Below are positions 25,363 to 38,636 of a stretch of DNA of 64,000 nucleotides, piece after piece. The position numbers and the translations under genes are program-made. The notes under the pieces are model-generated. The model was not told the DNA's origin. It ran no database searches and worked only from the letters and a program-made list of their open reading frames with translations. Source of the stretch: Camelus dromedarius (Eukaryota); the NCBI RefSeq assembly GCF_036321535.1, contig NC_087447.1:37140001-37204000 (forward strand), in the 5' to 3' direction. The stretch's first letter is position 1. Each line of letters begins with the position of its first letter.

Positions 25363-25762
25363 TGTGCTAGATCTTCTCCACTGGTTCTTCCGGACCTTCC
25401 ACCAGTCTCCATCCAGCTCTGTGCCCCAGGAGGCTTAAGTTTCTGGATTGCTTTACTGAAATTCTCTTGCCCTCTGGCTGTGGTTGGGTTTGGTCAATGG
25501 AAAGCACCAACAGGAGAACAGCAAGTGAGACCCAGTTCCTCTGCCAGGGTACTGTGGATAGTTATATCCCCTTCTGAAGGCTACAGCTCCTACCAGGTGA
25601 CCCTATTTGACAGCTCCAGATCCCCCTTTTGTCTCCCCTAACCACTCCTCTGCCACTTGTCCTTTCAGACCTTCTCCCACCTTTACAGACAGTCCCTCCA
25701 TTAAATTCTCTGTCACCTGTTTGAGTATGCCATCTCGTTCCTGCCTGGACCCTAACTGATAT
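25363..25762 (+). mobile_element. ERVL solo LTR (LTR33-like)
   Basis: Starts tgtgctagat; contains gctctgtgccccaggaggct and ttgccctctggctgtggttgggtttggtcaatgg; ends tttgagtatgccatctcgttcctgcctggaccctaactgata. Confidence 0.75.
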
Positions 25763-25904
25763 AGGGGTTTGAATAACTCAGATCTGGTCACAAGGAGTCC
25801 AGATGCATGGACAAGGCTCATTTGTGGCATGCTTGATTCTAATCAAATTCTGAGCCCTTAATATAAAGGTTGAGAGCTTCTGCTATGGACGATAGCAATA
25901 TTAC

Positions 25905-26145
25905 TGATGATAATCATAGTAGCAGGCTTTATTACACTAAGCACACGGCTAGGCACAGTTCTAACCATTTAGTATGTATCAACTTGTTTTAGCCTCACGA
26001 CAATCTTATAAGATAGGTATTCTTTTTATCACTATTTTCTAGATGAGGAAATTGAGATACAGAAAGGTTAAGAATCCTGCTTGAGGATTTACATAAGTGT
26101 GTCAAACAAAACCAAGCAGTCGGTTCCAGAGTCCTTCATGTCTAC
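25905..26145 (-). mobile_element. MIR SINE
   Basis: cctcacgacaatcttata...attttctagatgaggaaattgagatacagaaaggttaag. Confidence 0.8.
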
Positions 26146-27323
26146 ACTAGATTTTTCCAAATGGATAGGAAGTCAGTGTCCATAGACTCATAGTGCATTC
26201 TATTGCCAAAATTATAGAATCATCTGAACGTAACTTTTGAAGGAAAAACCCACCATGTTTGAAAACAATTTTTAACCTTGGGATTTCTAACATAAATGCT
26301 AACACTCAGGAGTGTCATTTTTAGAAACCTGTAATTTATTTAGGCAGAGGGAAATGGATGTTGTTCCTAGGTTTGAATATGACACACTATTTAGGCAGCA
26401 CAGGGCTGTGGAAAGGACTCAGAAGATGTAGGTTCCATCATTCATCAGCTGGATGACCTTGAGTCAGTCACTTTCTCTTGGAAGCTGGTTTCCTTTCCTC
26501 CAGTTGACAAGGTCTCTGGTCAACTCCTTCCTCTGGTGAATGTGTTTCCTATGTTGTCATCCTCAACATGACTGCCACTACCCAAACACTAACAACTAAT
26601 CCTTGTTTCCTGCTTTGGTTTATAATGCCCAGAAATACATATCATTGATAATATTTCAAACAAGAGGACATTCTGCCTTGGCTTGAATGTTGACAGGGAT
26701 TAGGGTCTTGTTACCTCCTCAGGGAGCCAGTTGAAGGCTGACCTGACCACTTGCAGGGCTGTTAAAGCACCTGAGGAAGTCCAGGTGGAGATGGTGTTCT
26801 AGTCATTATAGTTGAGAAGGAAACTGAAGAACATTTAGAAGGTGGGATGTGACAGGTTGAAGGATACAAAGGATGCTCTAGGATGAAGTCTCAGGAGACT
26901 CCCCTGAAATGAGCACTTGTACCCTGCGAGGGTTTCATGATTGCTTGGCTCACTGTTTAGTGAACTTCCTCCTCCTTTACCTCTCCAGACCTTTGTCCAT
27001 GCCATGTAGTCTGTCTAAAAGGACCCGCACCCGTCCAGTGAAACCCCCAAGGACAGATGAAACCTCTGAGGACCCACGAATTCAACCAGAGGTAATGTTT
27101 CTCCCTCCCTCCAGATTTCTGTGTTGTTCTGTTTGGACCTCATTCACGGCACTCCTGCTATGCTGTGCGTCATCATTGTGTCCCTACTGAGTCTCCCCAA
27201 CCAGCTGTGAACTCTCTGTATTATTTACATCCATATGCCTGAGTGCCTAGAACTGGGCCTTAGAATCTTTGCCAGGTAGATGGGGTCAGTGGTCTATGAA
27301 GTCCATTTCTAATGTTTAGCATG

Positions 27324-27346
27324 CACACACACACACACACACACAC
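27324..27346. repeat. (CA)n microsatellite
   Basis: About 11 CA units, followed by a short (CT)n run near 27358-27370. Confidence 0.95.
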
Positions 27347-29299
27347 AAACATACGCACTCTCTCTCTCTCCTACATACTACCTGCACACTCATACATACA
27401 AGTCTGGCATTTGAGAGACCTGGGGTGGCATGTCCATCAGTGGACCTTTGTAATCCAGAAAGTAGACTTAGTTCTCAGCCCTAAGAGATGCTGGGACATG
27501 TCTCGGCAAACAATAGATAACAGTGATACACTTTCATTCATAACCCTCTGTGGGACATTCTAATCTTTGACCCTTACTAGCTCGTGGACCACTGGTAGTG
27601 CCACCCAGTGCCCATGGGAGCAGCTGATTTCAAATGGTCCTGTTGCCTCAAATCATGATAATTACTGGTTTTGCACACCCACCCTTGCTTGTCATTAACG
27701 GTGCTGCCTCCGTGGTTAGACTGACCAGGGTATCAATGACCTGACACTTTTTTAAAATGTCAACTCTTCCTACTCTGTAGAAATAATAAAATTAACGTAA
27801 GCAAAGAAAACTTTGGAATTATTGGGAGTCTAGAAGGGGGGAGCGGTTTTTAAACTTATCAGCAGAAACCAGCCTCTGAGCTATCTTTTTTGGCTGCACT
27901 CTGGGGAACAGAAGCCAGCACCTTCTAACTGAGAGAGGAAAAATATGGGTAGAATGTTTGCATGATTCTCAGTGGTACCTCAGCCCACACCTGGTAACTT
28001 ATCTATGCTTGAGAAGTACAGAATTTTTTGTTCAAAGTGATTATTATTTTTTCTCTTTTGGAAAACCCACAACCAGGAAAACCTAATTTGCACATCTCAG
28101 AGGGAATTCAGAGATTCAGGCTGGGACCTCGTCTGGATAGTTACAAGGGAGACACCCGTCTTTGGGCCCGGGACAGACAGACAGAGAGGAAAGAGTTCCG
28201 TGCCTGGTTGGTGGCGATCGGAGCTGGGCTTTGAGGGGAACTGCAGAGACTCTGGGGAGGTCGGGAGCTCCCCGAGAAGCCCCAGGCTGGGGGATGGGCG
28301 GAGGGGGGCTTCAGCAGGCTGATGTGACTCTGTAATTGTGCCTTTATTTGTGCAATTATTAGGTTAGACTCAGATTCCCCACCAAATCGTCAGCTCCAGG
28401 AGGGTTCAACTGTCTAATTCATCTTACATTTACTTCCCAGAACCCAGCACATATCCAGGATGCAGTGCTTCCGCCATGACTACTCAGGTGTTAAATGAAT
28501 CTACCTGCTAGTCAAGCCCTTACCTCAACCTTTGCTCAGCCCTCAACTCATTCCAGGGCCTCCCCTCCTCAGCTTGGGCCTGGCATCCTCTCCCTGATCA
28601 TCATGATTGGCAGGAGTTGGAACCCACAGGGACCCAACTTGACCTTGAGCAGCCTGGTGTTGGGGGTGGGGAGGGGCCCCAGGTACAGACTTGCTGATTG
28701 CAGGCTGGGCTGGGAATCAGTGTGAGGCCTCTCTGGGAGGTGACTTACAGAAGGCACCAGCCCCTCCTCTTAAAATCTCTTCATCTGCACCAGGAGATTT
28801 TTTTTTTTCTTTTCTGGAGCCCTCAAATGCTTGAAGAGGGGCAGGTGTGGTGCAGGATTGCACTTGTCAAGCCAGCTCCTCCTCAGGTCCTGTGAAACAG
28901 CCTCTCCCTTCCCTCTGGCCCTCAGGTGCAAGATCAGAGGATCTGACAGTCATCTGTTTATCAGGCGGCTTTGTGCCTTTAAATGAGGAGCTGGGTGGCA
29001 CGTACCTGGATCTCTGGAAGGCAGGACTCTGCAAGCTGTGTGCAGCTCCAGCCGAGCTGTCATCCCCTGGCCCTGTCCTCCTGTGAGCTGTGAGCCGGGG
29101 CCGCCTTCCCAACCCCATCAAAGCCAAGGACTTGAGATGGGAAGGCTCAGCCCTGAAGACTCAGCTGGCCAAAGGTGATTCTTCCATAGTTTTATAAACA
29201 GCTTCCGCCTTCCCATTGAAGTCTTTGTGATCAAGAAAGACAGTTCTGGCTGTTGGCGGCTTCAAATTGAAATAATAATACTAATAAAAGTGATTATGC

Positions 29300-29505
29300 T
29301 AATGTTTTTTCAGAGCTCACACTCCATGCCAAGCGTTGAGTTAATGATTATTAACTCGTTCCTTTCACCTCTAGAGGAGCACATTATTAAGCTTGTTCTC
29401 AGATGAGGAAGAGACTCCGATTACAACTTGCCCACAGTCACCCAGCTACTAATTACTGGAACCAGGATTTAAACCCCAGGAGTCAGGTCCAGGCCCACAC
29501 AGTTA
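29300..29505 (-). mobile_element. MIR SINE
   Basis: cagatgaggaagagact...acttgcccacagtcacccagctactaa...ggatttaaacccc. Confidence 0.75.
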
Positions 29506-29659
29506 AGCTATTCTCTTCTGTCCCTTGCATGGATCTTTTTGACTTAGGGACTCTGTCTCTCCTCTTTTCTAGAGATGTCAGTTTGCGGAGTGTGTCGGAG
29601 TCTCTCTGTGTGGCTGGTTCCTCGCATAACAGTGATCTCCTGAGATTCATTGACTGTCA

Positions 29660-30020
29660 CCAGTTCACTGTCTTGTAGTTCCAGAGGCCACCCTCCCTCC
29701 CTGCAGAGGCTCTGGGGAGGGACCTGTTCCTCACCTCTCCTCACTTCTGGTGTGTGGGGCTGTCCTTGACTTGTAGACACATTGCTCCCGTCTCTGCCTC
29801 CACTTCACATGACTGTCCTCTGCTGTCTGACTCAACTATCCTCTGCAGTTCTCTTATAAGGACACATGCCATTGGATTTAATACCCACCTGGATCACCTG
29901 GGATGATCTTCTCATGTCAAGATCCTTAACTTAGCACTTCACAAAGACCCTTTTTCCAAATAAGGTCACATTCACAGGGTCTGGGCATCAGGACATGGAC
30001 ATATCATTCAAACCGCTACA
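29660..30020 (-). mobile_element. MaLR LTR (MLT1B/C-like)
   Basis: ctcttataaggacacatgccattggatt...caagatccttaactta...caaagaccctttttccaaataaggtcacattcacagg; ends ctaca (LTR 5' tgtag on the minus strand). Confidence 0.85.
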
Positions 30021-30384
30021 TCATCCAATCCATGGTAGATTGTGTTGGCTCCTCTATCTCATTACCCTGTTTCTTTCCTTTAGAGCATTTTCACTGTCTA
30101 GAGTCTTCTTTTCCTTTATGTGTTTTCAACCAGGGTGTTCCCAACCAGCACGCTTCTGGCACTTGGAGCAGGGCAAATCTTCACAGTGCAGAAGTGAGTC
30201 TTTCACTGCAAGCATTTCACATTCCTGGCCCAATCTGAGTGCTAGAGTGAGGATGAAGTGGGGAGGGAGAGTCTTTCTGACAACCAGCACTCCCTCCGCC
30301 GCCCCGCCCATATCTCCCACGGGCTGGAGATGTCCCCACCAGGCAGGCAGTACCAGCCCAAGGTCAGAACCACCAGTCTGTGTG

Positions 30385-30515
30385 TTAATCATCTATCTCA
30401 TTTCACAAGGATGAAAGCCCCTGTGGGCAGTGTCTTGCTCACTGCTGTATCCCCTGAGTCTCAAGCAATGCCTGGCCCGAGCAGGCACTCAGTGCATATT
30501 CTCTGGATGCACATA
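30385..30515 (+). mobile_element. L2 3' end
   Basis: tgtcttgctcactgctgtatcccc...caatgcctggcccgagcaggcactcagtgcatatt. Confidence 0.75.
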
Positions 30516-33500
30516 GAAGATGAGGATGCTTTTTTGGAAATATGATAGAGGTTCCCCTTTAGGCTTCTCCAGAAAAGTCGGTGATAGGTCCCAATCACCA
30601 TGAGAACTAACCAGGTATGTCTGCAGCCTCATCCCCGTTCCCCTCACTCCCCAGTCTCCTGCCCCATCCTCCTCTCCTTCCCTGTCCCACAGAAGTCCCT
30701 CTCCTATAGTCACCTTGGGTCTGTGGTCACCCTCACAGGCCTCCTGCCAGATCACTGCCACCACATTAGGGAGGGAGCTTCACGCCAGTGTTTCGTGACC
30801 TTGCTTTCTGGCAGAGATGCTGCTTTTCCACCTCTGTTGGCCAACAGAGCAGGTAAGTCATTCTACCTCTGTGAGCCTCAGAAACCTTATCTACAAATCA
30901 AGAATGATGCTTGGTGGATGTATCAGCAACTCAGGGCCTTGACAGAGAGTAATTACACCATCAAAGCTTATTTTCTTTCCCTTGCCTTTTATAAGGAAAA
31001 GAGAGACTAGCTTCCACCTCCATCTGGACCACAAGGGCATCCCCAGTTTGTTGTGGAGGGACAGGTGGAGGGGTGGGAGAGAGGGATGTAGGCAAGGACT
31101 ATGAGTCCAGATGCCTATGTGGGATCCGAATGCACTGGTGCAGGAATGAGGAAGGTGATGTTACCCGGTGGCTAGGCTGAAAGACGTTAGAGTCAGTAAT
31201 CCCAAATGTGACCTTGGGCAAGGGATCTGTAAGACAGAGAATATAAATAACTTGCCCAAGGTCATACAGCTCGACATGGCAGAGCTGGGAATTGGACTTT
31301 GCGATGGCAGAAGGTTATGCTTTTCCTCTCACACCGTCCTGCCCTCCCAACGGGGTCTCTCAGGGACAGTTGGTGCCGCAGGCCCCGGGACTGAAAAACA
31401 GTTCAGAATGGTTGTGCTCTGCCCAGTGTATGACTACGGAAGGAATCCTTTGGGCTTCTTGATATGTTAGGAAACAGAGACACAGATGATAGAAATCAAA
31501 GTGCACTCCCCAGAATGTATAGAATTTGGCTGGGATAATCAGCTGTATATACACACACACATTCCTCCCCCACCCCACATCAACCACCACCACACAGACC
31601 CATTCCAGCCTGGGCCGGCTTGGGACGTCAGCACGGGCTGGGGCAACCACAGACAAATCAGCCAGGCTGAGGCAGCAGCTCTGTGCAGGTAATGGAGAGG
31701 TGATTGTGCAGGGATCATCGCCTCCATTTAGGTGTCAATTGTTTAATTTCCAGCTGTTCCTCAACTCAACAGCTGGAGTTCAATCTGCTCTGGAGGCTCC
31801 CAGCCGGGGAACTCAGTATTAAGCTGGCTTCCAGGATCTAGGAAAAGTAGCGGCTGCTGCAGCCAACCACACAGGAGAGGCCTCTTTCTTTCCGTCCACT
31901 TAAGCAATGGTGGCTCTTGGGGAGCAATACTGGAGCTGCTAGAAATGGCTGGCCTCAAGCAGAGGGAGCCAGGGAGCCGGTGAGATCCTGCTGCAAAGAT
32001 ACAAAGCGTGCTAATCCCTTCACAGGGATCATTTTACTGTGTCCAGTCCCACGGTGTGGTATTATTATTATTCTTCCCATTTTACACAAAGAAGACTCAT
32101 TCTTTGTCCCATGTCAAACAAAGCATCATTTGCAGAACTGGTTGCTAAAACTCTCAACCCTGAGCTAGGAATCTCGTAATCAGAACCAGCCTCCAGGCAA
32201 GGCTCTGTGGCCACTTGGAAATGTCACTGCCAATGTGATCAGATGCTGCCACTTAGAGATCAGAGATATCAGGGCAGTGGCTGGAGCACTTAGCTAGGCC
32301 TCAAGTGAAGGCCAGATGTGGACAGAAGGGAAACGCCATTCAGAACATCAAGAGCATTTTCTCTTAACTGTGTCATGGGAGTAATTTGGAGGTGGAAGAT
32401 ACTGGCTTTTATTTTTCATTTCACCCTTGGTTCTGATTTTCACTCTTTGTCCCCTTCTGCACCCTCTCCTTACCTCTCTTCTTCCCACCACCTAACCACC
32501 CTTCCTGGCAACAGCGACTACCACCCAAGCCACACTGTGTGCCCCTGAGCCCAGGCCAGGCCTTACCAATTAATCACAACATTCTTTCCCACAAAACCCA
32601 GGAACTGCCTTAGATTTCTTCCTAAGCAGAACTCTAGGAATTTACTTCTAATAGATTTTGGCCCATGAGCTGCAACCTACTTGATTGCCTGGGTTCTTGA
32701 TTAAGTTCCTCATTTATATTTATATATATTTGTGAAGAACCTACTATGTGATAGCTACTGCTTCAAGCACTACGGATTCAGAAGTGAACAGAAATGTACA
32801 GTCCTGGAACATATATTCCAGTGATGTGGACTGAACGCCTCAAGTTCAAGAGGGTGAAAAATGCACCCAGAAAGCAAAGGGACTTGACCTTGGATTCCTG
32901 ATGAGGCAAATGTTGCAGGACTTCGGATGATGAGCCATATTGTGAGTGATGGACATGATGGAACTGGCCCTCCAGCACGTCAGTCACTTCTGACCACAAG
33001 GCTTTTTGAGTTCTTGGCGAATCTGTCTGGTGATCAGAACCAGAAACAAGGGCTTCTGGGCTGGGGAATCTAGATTCCACAGAGGAATCTGCCACTCATT
33101 TGACCACTCAAGGGAAGTGAGCCTTCCCTCACTTTAGTTCATTGAACTGGCACCGAACCTCCACTACAAGCTTACCACTGGGCTACACATTTGGGACACA
33201 GAGAGAGAAGGATGCACACAGTGAGAAGAGGTGGTAGATTTGGAAATAGATACTTTTTGATCTCACACTTCTCTTCTGTAAAAGAGGACTGGACTGGCTA
33301 TCCCTAAGGCCACTCTTACCTCCGATATTCTCTGCCACGTCTGGCAGCCATCTCATAAACATGACTCCTGACTCTGGCCAGGGAACCATTCTGTCTCTTG
33401 GCTCTTCGCTGATGCTGTGACTTGGAGGGCCTGGTGGTCAGGGTTGCTCGCCCGACGGGGAATCCCATTCCCACGCACCATCTTTCACAACATGCCTCAG

Positions 33501-34838
33501 TAGCTCAAGCACTGAGACGTTTGCTCAGTTTTGGCTCAGTCTTCAAATTGTTATTCCTACTGGCCCATCCAGAGGTACACACCTTCTAACTTACTGGATG
33601 AGAGGAAGCAGAGACAGTGTATGTACCTCCTTGTCCTTTCCCCGACCCCAGGTCTGCTGCTGAGTGGACCATTCCTTCCAAAGCCATTCCAGAAAGAGTG
33701 ACTCAAGAAGGGGTACTTCTCAGGGTTGGAGTAGGATGGCAGATACAGAGCCAGACATTAAGCAGTCCTTTAACGAAATAATCAAAAAGCCACTTGCTGT
33801 GCCTCTGACCAAGTTAGAAGGCAGAAAATCAAGGAAAACTCTATATCTACATGCATGTAATTAGAAGGTGTGTTTAAAGTACAGTGCAGGAGGTACGTGC
33901 TGTAAATGCATGAGTGTGTGAATAACGGAGTTCAGAACAGAGTAGAAAAGAAGTGGGAACAGAAAATGGGAGCCCGTATTGAACTATATTTCCCCAGGTG
34001 GTGGAAAAAGGGGCATTGAAGATTTTCTGCTACCAAAACTCAATGGATTGGATTTGCAAGGTGCTCTTGGAGCTAGGTTATTCCTCCTAAGCAACATGCC
34101 TACAACTTGGTGACCAAAATGCCTGCTAAGGTGGCCGGGGATCCCCAAATATGAAGAAGCCCATTTAGACCCATGGGATAGTCCACTGTTTTGTGCTAAA
34201 GTATATCCCTGCATTAAAATGACATTATATTTAAAAATATGTATATTTGCATGCCTATATGTGTGTCTATAGTGTATCTATACTAACTGACCATATACAT
34301 GGTCATGTTAACATAGAATCTATATCTTTATCAGTCCTGCCCCGCATAATATCCCACAACATTTTCTGGCAGCTAGCTGGGGCTCACTACTCACTACATG
34401 TTTCTCAAATATATGGAAAAAATTAGGTTCTTTTTCTATAGTGCAGTGATTTCCCCCTGTCCTCAGGGGGCAGCCTGTTTGAAGGTTGTACAAATGACGC
34501 ATTTATACTTTTCTATCCCTGCTCCAAATGAAGCTTTTATTTCACTCGTGACTCCCTTACCTAAAGCCCCTTTAATGTACACAGAATTCTGGTGTCCATG
34601 GCAGTTTTTGTGTGCTCTAACAAGGGCAATATTTGACCAATGCAAAAAAATCAAAAATGATTTTAACCTGTGGCTGCTGAGGCCAAAAATTGTTTTCTGT
34701 ATAACAGGATAATTGTGTGATAATATGTCTGCTATATCTTTAGAGGCTACCACCAGGTAGGACCTATGCTAGACATATGCTTGACTGCTGTGTGATCTTG
34801 GGCAAGTCATTCTACCTCTCTTATTGTTAAAAGTATTA

Positions 34839-34901
34839 CTTAAAAAAATTTACTCTTCCTCTTTATTTTTATTTTTCTCAGTTTTGGGGGGGTAATTAGA
34901 C

Positions 34902-34961
<60 letters not shown>

Positions 34962-35037
34962 TGGAGGTACTGGAGATTGAACCCAGAACCTCATGTAAGC
35001 TAAGCATTATTCTACTACTGAGCTATACCCTACCCCC
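34839..35037 (-). mobile_element. tRNA-derived SINE, camelid Vic-1-like, with expanded (TAAA)n and TSD
   Basis: Minus strand reads gggggtagggtatagctcagtagtag (A box)...gaggttctgggttcaatctccagtacctcc (B box) then (taaa)n and ctaattacccccc. TSD tgttaaaagtatta (34825-34838) / tgttaaaattatta (35038-35051). Confidence 0.88.
34903..34960. repeat. (TTTA)n tetranucleotide microsatellite inside the SINE
   Basis: About 14 uninterrupted ttta units. Confidence 0.95.
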
Positions 35038-35054
35038 TGTTAAAATTATTATTG

Positions 35055-35255
35055 ATGTTATTGAGCTCAGCATTGTGCTCAATACTTTACATGTATAAAT
35101 TTAATCATCACATCACTATGAAATAATTGTCATTTTTTACCTTATGTGAATATTGAAATTGAGACCCCTAAGAGGGTTGAGTAACTCACTCTGAGTTACC
35201 CAGACACGGAGCTAGAATTCACAGCCAAGGAGAGCTGTCTCAAGGCTCATGCATG
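35055..35255 (-). mobile_element. MIR SINE
   Basis: gaaattgagaccc...agagggttgagtaactcactctgagttacccag. Confidence 0.65.
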
Positions 35256-36344
35256 TATTAGTATGGGACACTAGATCAGGGAAGTGGTGGAAAGCATGAA
35301 GGATATAAGTCAGACTCTGGTGGGGAAATTGCCATAGTGGTCACCTTCCAGGGTGGTGGTGTAGATTCAGGGAGATCATGTGAGCCCAGGGTCCAGACTG
35401 ATGCCAGCAGACAGTAAAGACTCAGGGGACAACGGTCTCTTTCCCTCTCCCTGTGAAGCAGCAAATGGGACTAAGGTAATATATGAAATGCCTACATTTT
35501 CTTTATTTTTTGAGTGGCATGCAGCTATTTCTAAATGGGGATTCATTTTCAGTGGCTATAGAAATACTCGTAGAAACCCTCCCATTAGACATATGCCTCT
35601 GTTAATCTCACATGTTGATCCTCACGGCAGAGGTGACTGCCATAGACCAACAGATAATAAAGCTGATAATAGTCAAGTGGTAAAAGCCCCAAACTTTTAA
35701 TACTGTCAGCTTTCTGTCTGAAAGATGTCATTTCTTTCAACAGCTTCAAGTTTCTTCAAGGCAGAAAACCACTGAAGCTGCAGTGTAGCTGAACATCTGT
35801 CTTATCATGTGGGCAGATATTGGGATTAAATTAACTAGAAATGAATAGAATGATGTATGACAGGGTGCAGATGTCCCAGGCACAGTGTGATAATTTCATT
35901 GCAAAACTATGTAATGAATTCCATACATTATGGAAGTACAAATGTACCACTTTAGGTAATTGTGATGAAAAGGTATAATGTGCAGTGCATAAACAGAGCG
36001 GGAGCCCAGGGGCATTTCTCCTCTGCTATTTCTCTTTAGTCATTTCAGAAGGACTTTATTTGGTTTAATGTAAGCTTTATTTTTAGAGCTTTATTTTTTG
36101 GTCGGCCCCTTCAGCATTTCTTGCCTGATTGATATAAGAAATATTTGGAGGAGAGGAACAGAATTTGGGTAGGTCAGAGTTTTGGCCTCCTGGAGATTGA
36201 TGGCTGGAGACAGCATTTACAAAAATTTTGCTGTGAGAATTTCAAAGCAGAAGCGTGCTCTCTTTCTTTCTTTTCTTCCTGATGGGCTGCAAAGATTATT
36301 TGAGCATCTCCTGTTACTCTGTCCATGGGAATTCAAGCTGATAT

Positions 36345-36705
36345 AATGGGAAAAGATGTGGGTTTAAAGCCAGAAGATGGATTTTCCTCTCCTGACTTGA
36401 TTCTTGACTGCTGTATGACCTTGGGCAAGTCACTCCACCTCTCTGAGTTGCTAGTGCCTTATCTGTAAAATGCAGCTAATATACTATATATCACAGTGTT
36501 GCCAGGTACAAATGGGAGAGCTTGAACAGAAGCTCTGAGAGGATAGAGAAGCTTTTGTTTTGCTCACTGCATTATCCCCAGTGCTTAGCAAAATGATCAC
36601 ACAACACAGGCCACTCATAAATTTTTAAAAAATAAATCTGTCAGTGATTCATGTGAAACTACCTAGCACAATTCCTGGCACTTAGGAAACATTTAACCAC
36701 TATTT
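36345..36705 (+). mobile_element. MIR split by an L2 3' fragment (~36530-36630)
   Basis: gctgtatgaccttgggcaagtcactccacctctctgag...atctgtaaaatg, then L2 tgctcactgcattatccccagtgcttagca, then MIR tail atgtgaaactacctagcacaattcctggcac. Confidence 0.65.
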
Positions 36706-38593
36706 CTTGAATTTCAGCTCGTTTGAAGAAGTTTATCTGCACACTGGGTTTTGGTAACTCATTCAATGGGCAGCCCTTTCCACAGTCAAGGTCCTAGGCC
36801 AAGCACCAGTTACAGCGGAGGCCAGAGCGGGCGGAGGAGCTCCCAGTGTTGCACAGGGCAGTAGAGGCAGGGCCAGACCCCCCTTCCCGATCAGCAGCCT
36901 CCTGTTTGTTGGCTGCGGCTGCATCGTGCTGTGTCTCTGGCTGGGACAGTGGGAACCATGATCAGGGCTGGCACGAAGCAGAAGTCCCTCCACTCCTGAG
37001 AGAAGTAACCATTGCTAGCGTGTTTTTGATCAAGGAACAAGAAAAGGTTTCATTTTGCAGCAAATGGCTGGCCCGCACTCCCGCTTCCCAAGTGAGGGTG
37101 AGCTGCCCATGGTCACAGCTGGGGCCCGTCCCAGCCCTGTTCTTCTCTCCATCCCGCTGCTCTGTTCACACAGCCCCTCTCTTCCCCTTTAAGCCTCCTC
37201 TCCACCAATTATTTGCCTGGGGTGACATCAGTGGAAAATGTGAGGAGATGGCAGCAGAGCCGAAATCCTAGCCTTCCCTGGGAGGCCAGAGAAGCCTGTT
37301 TTTAATGCTCCGATTGGTCCCTGATTTCCCAGCTCGCCTGTGCCATGTAATGCTTTCGGCACAGTGAAGCAGGATGCCCGGGGTGACACGAGGCCACCAG
37401 GGGCCTGGGTCTTCCTGCTCACTGGACAGATGCTTTGCTGTCTGGCCTCCTTTCTTAGCCGGGCACACCCTGAAACTGGCCCAAGGAGGGCTCCTCTGGT
37501 GGAAAATCCACGTGGTAGAGCTTCCTTCTTCCCCCAAGCGGACGTTGCTGCATTAAAAGCTGTGGGTTTGGGGTTTGTCACCGTATATCTTCCCTCCCCT
37601 GCTCCAGTCTTCCCACCCTTCTCCTCTCCCCACAAGCCTCAGAGCTGTCTGCAGGGTCTGGATTTTCTGCCAAATTTGGATGCCTTGAAAAGAACATTGT
37701 TCGAAATAGAGACTTGAGGAAGGTGCTAATCTTCTGCTGCTTATCAAATTTGAGCAAAAAACGTTGACATCCCACTTTCCCAAGTGCTAGCTCAGCGCTT
37801 TTGTGTTCAACGGCGAGAGGGACCAGCTGTGTGTCTAGCTGGGGACTAAAAACCCTGCTCTGACTCCCAGCCTCCTCACCTGGCCCCGTCAGACCCAGAG
37901 GCAAGCAGAGGTGACGGGTGGCTTGGGAGTCTCCATCCCCAGCAGCTCAGCCCCGTTACGCTCTGGAGAGGCATCCTGGTATCGCTTCTGCCACTGCCAC
38001 TGCTTAAACTCTCAAGGAGAAAAATGCTGCTGAGAAGTTACTGCTGTAAACGTGGAGAGAGCGCTTCATTTTCTCACGATGAAAGACATATTTGGGATCA
38101 TCTGGTTTTCCAGGCAGATGCCCAGTTTATCTCACTTTAAATCAACTCCTTCTGACTGGACCCTTTCCTGGATGAATTAATTGAGCGTGGCTAAAACCAA
38201 AATGCTCTCGCGATACAGGAGCTCGGCAGAGGGGCTCTGTGTCAAGGATGTCAGCTTGCGAGGAGGGTGGCGAGTTGTTTACCTCTATTCTCATAACAGA
38301 AGGAACAGGCAGGCTCAGCCCACTGGAAATAATTTTGAATAATCTCACTCTATTACTCGAAGCGAAATTGAGTCGGTGCAGGCTACCCTAGTGATCCGAC
38401 ATTTCAGCGAAACGGGGAAACTAATATCCAATTCATGCAGCATAAAATAAGTGACATAAGGAAAAGCAGGATGAAATCTGGAAGTTTTTAGTTTTCAATT
38501 TGTACGGCTTGTCTTCTATTACTGGATCAGCTCACTAATGCAGCGCACGCAGAAGAGGGGGCTTCATTAAGCTGCTGGTCATTAATGGCGGTG

Positions 38594-38636
38594 GGTGTGC
38601 ATGCGTGCGTGTGTGGTGTGTGTGTGTGTGTGTGTG
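38594..38636. repeat. Imperfect (TG)n microsatellite
   Basis: gtgtgcatgcgtgcgtgtgtggtgtgtgtgtgtgtgtgtgtgt. Confidence 0.9.

Noticed and set aside
34288..34305. Near-palindrome tgaccatatacatggtca (ER6-like nuclear-receptor element)
   Set aside because: Both half-sites deviate from AGGTCA, and a single short palindrome in 64 kb is not significant.
34965..35037. tRNA gene
   Set aside because: The A/B boxes belong to a SINE head with an A-rich tail and TSD; no intact cloverleaf is evident.
37391..37408. CTCF-like motif ggccaccaggggcc
   Set aside because: One G short of the core spacing and lacks the 3' GC(G/A)C; not supportable without a PWM score or ChIP data.
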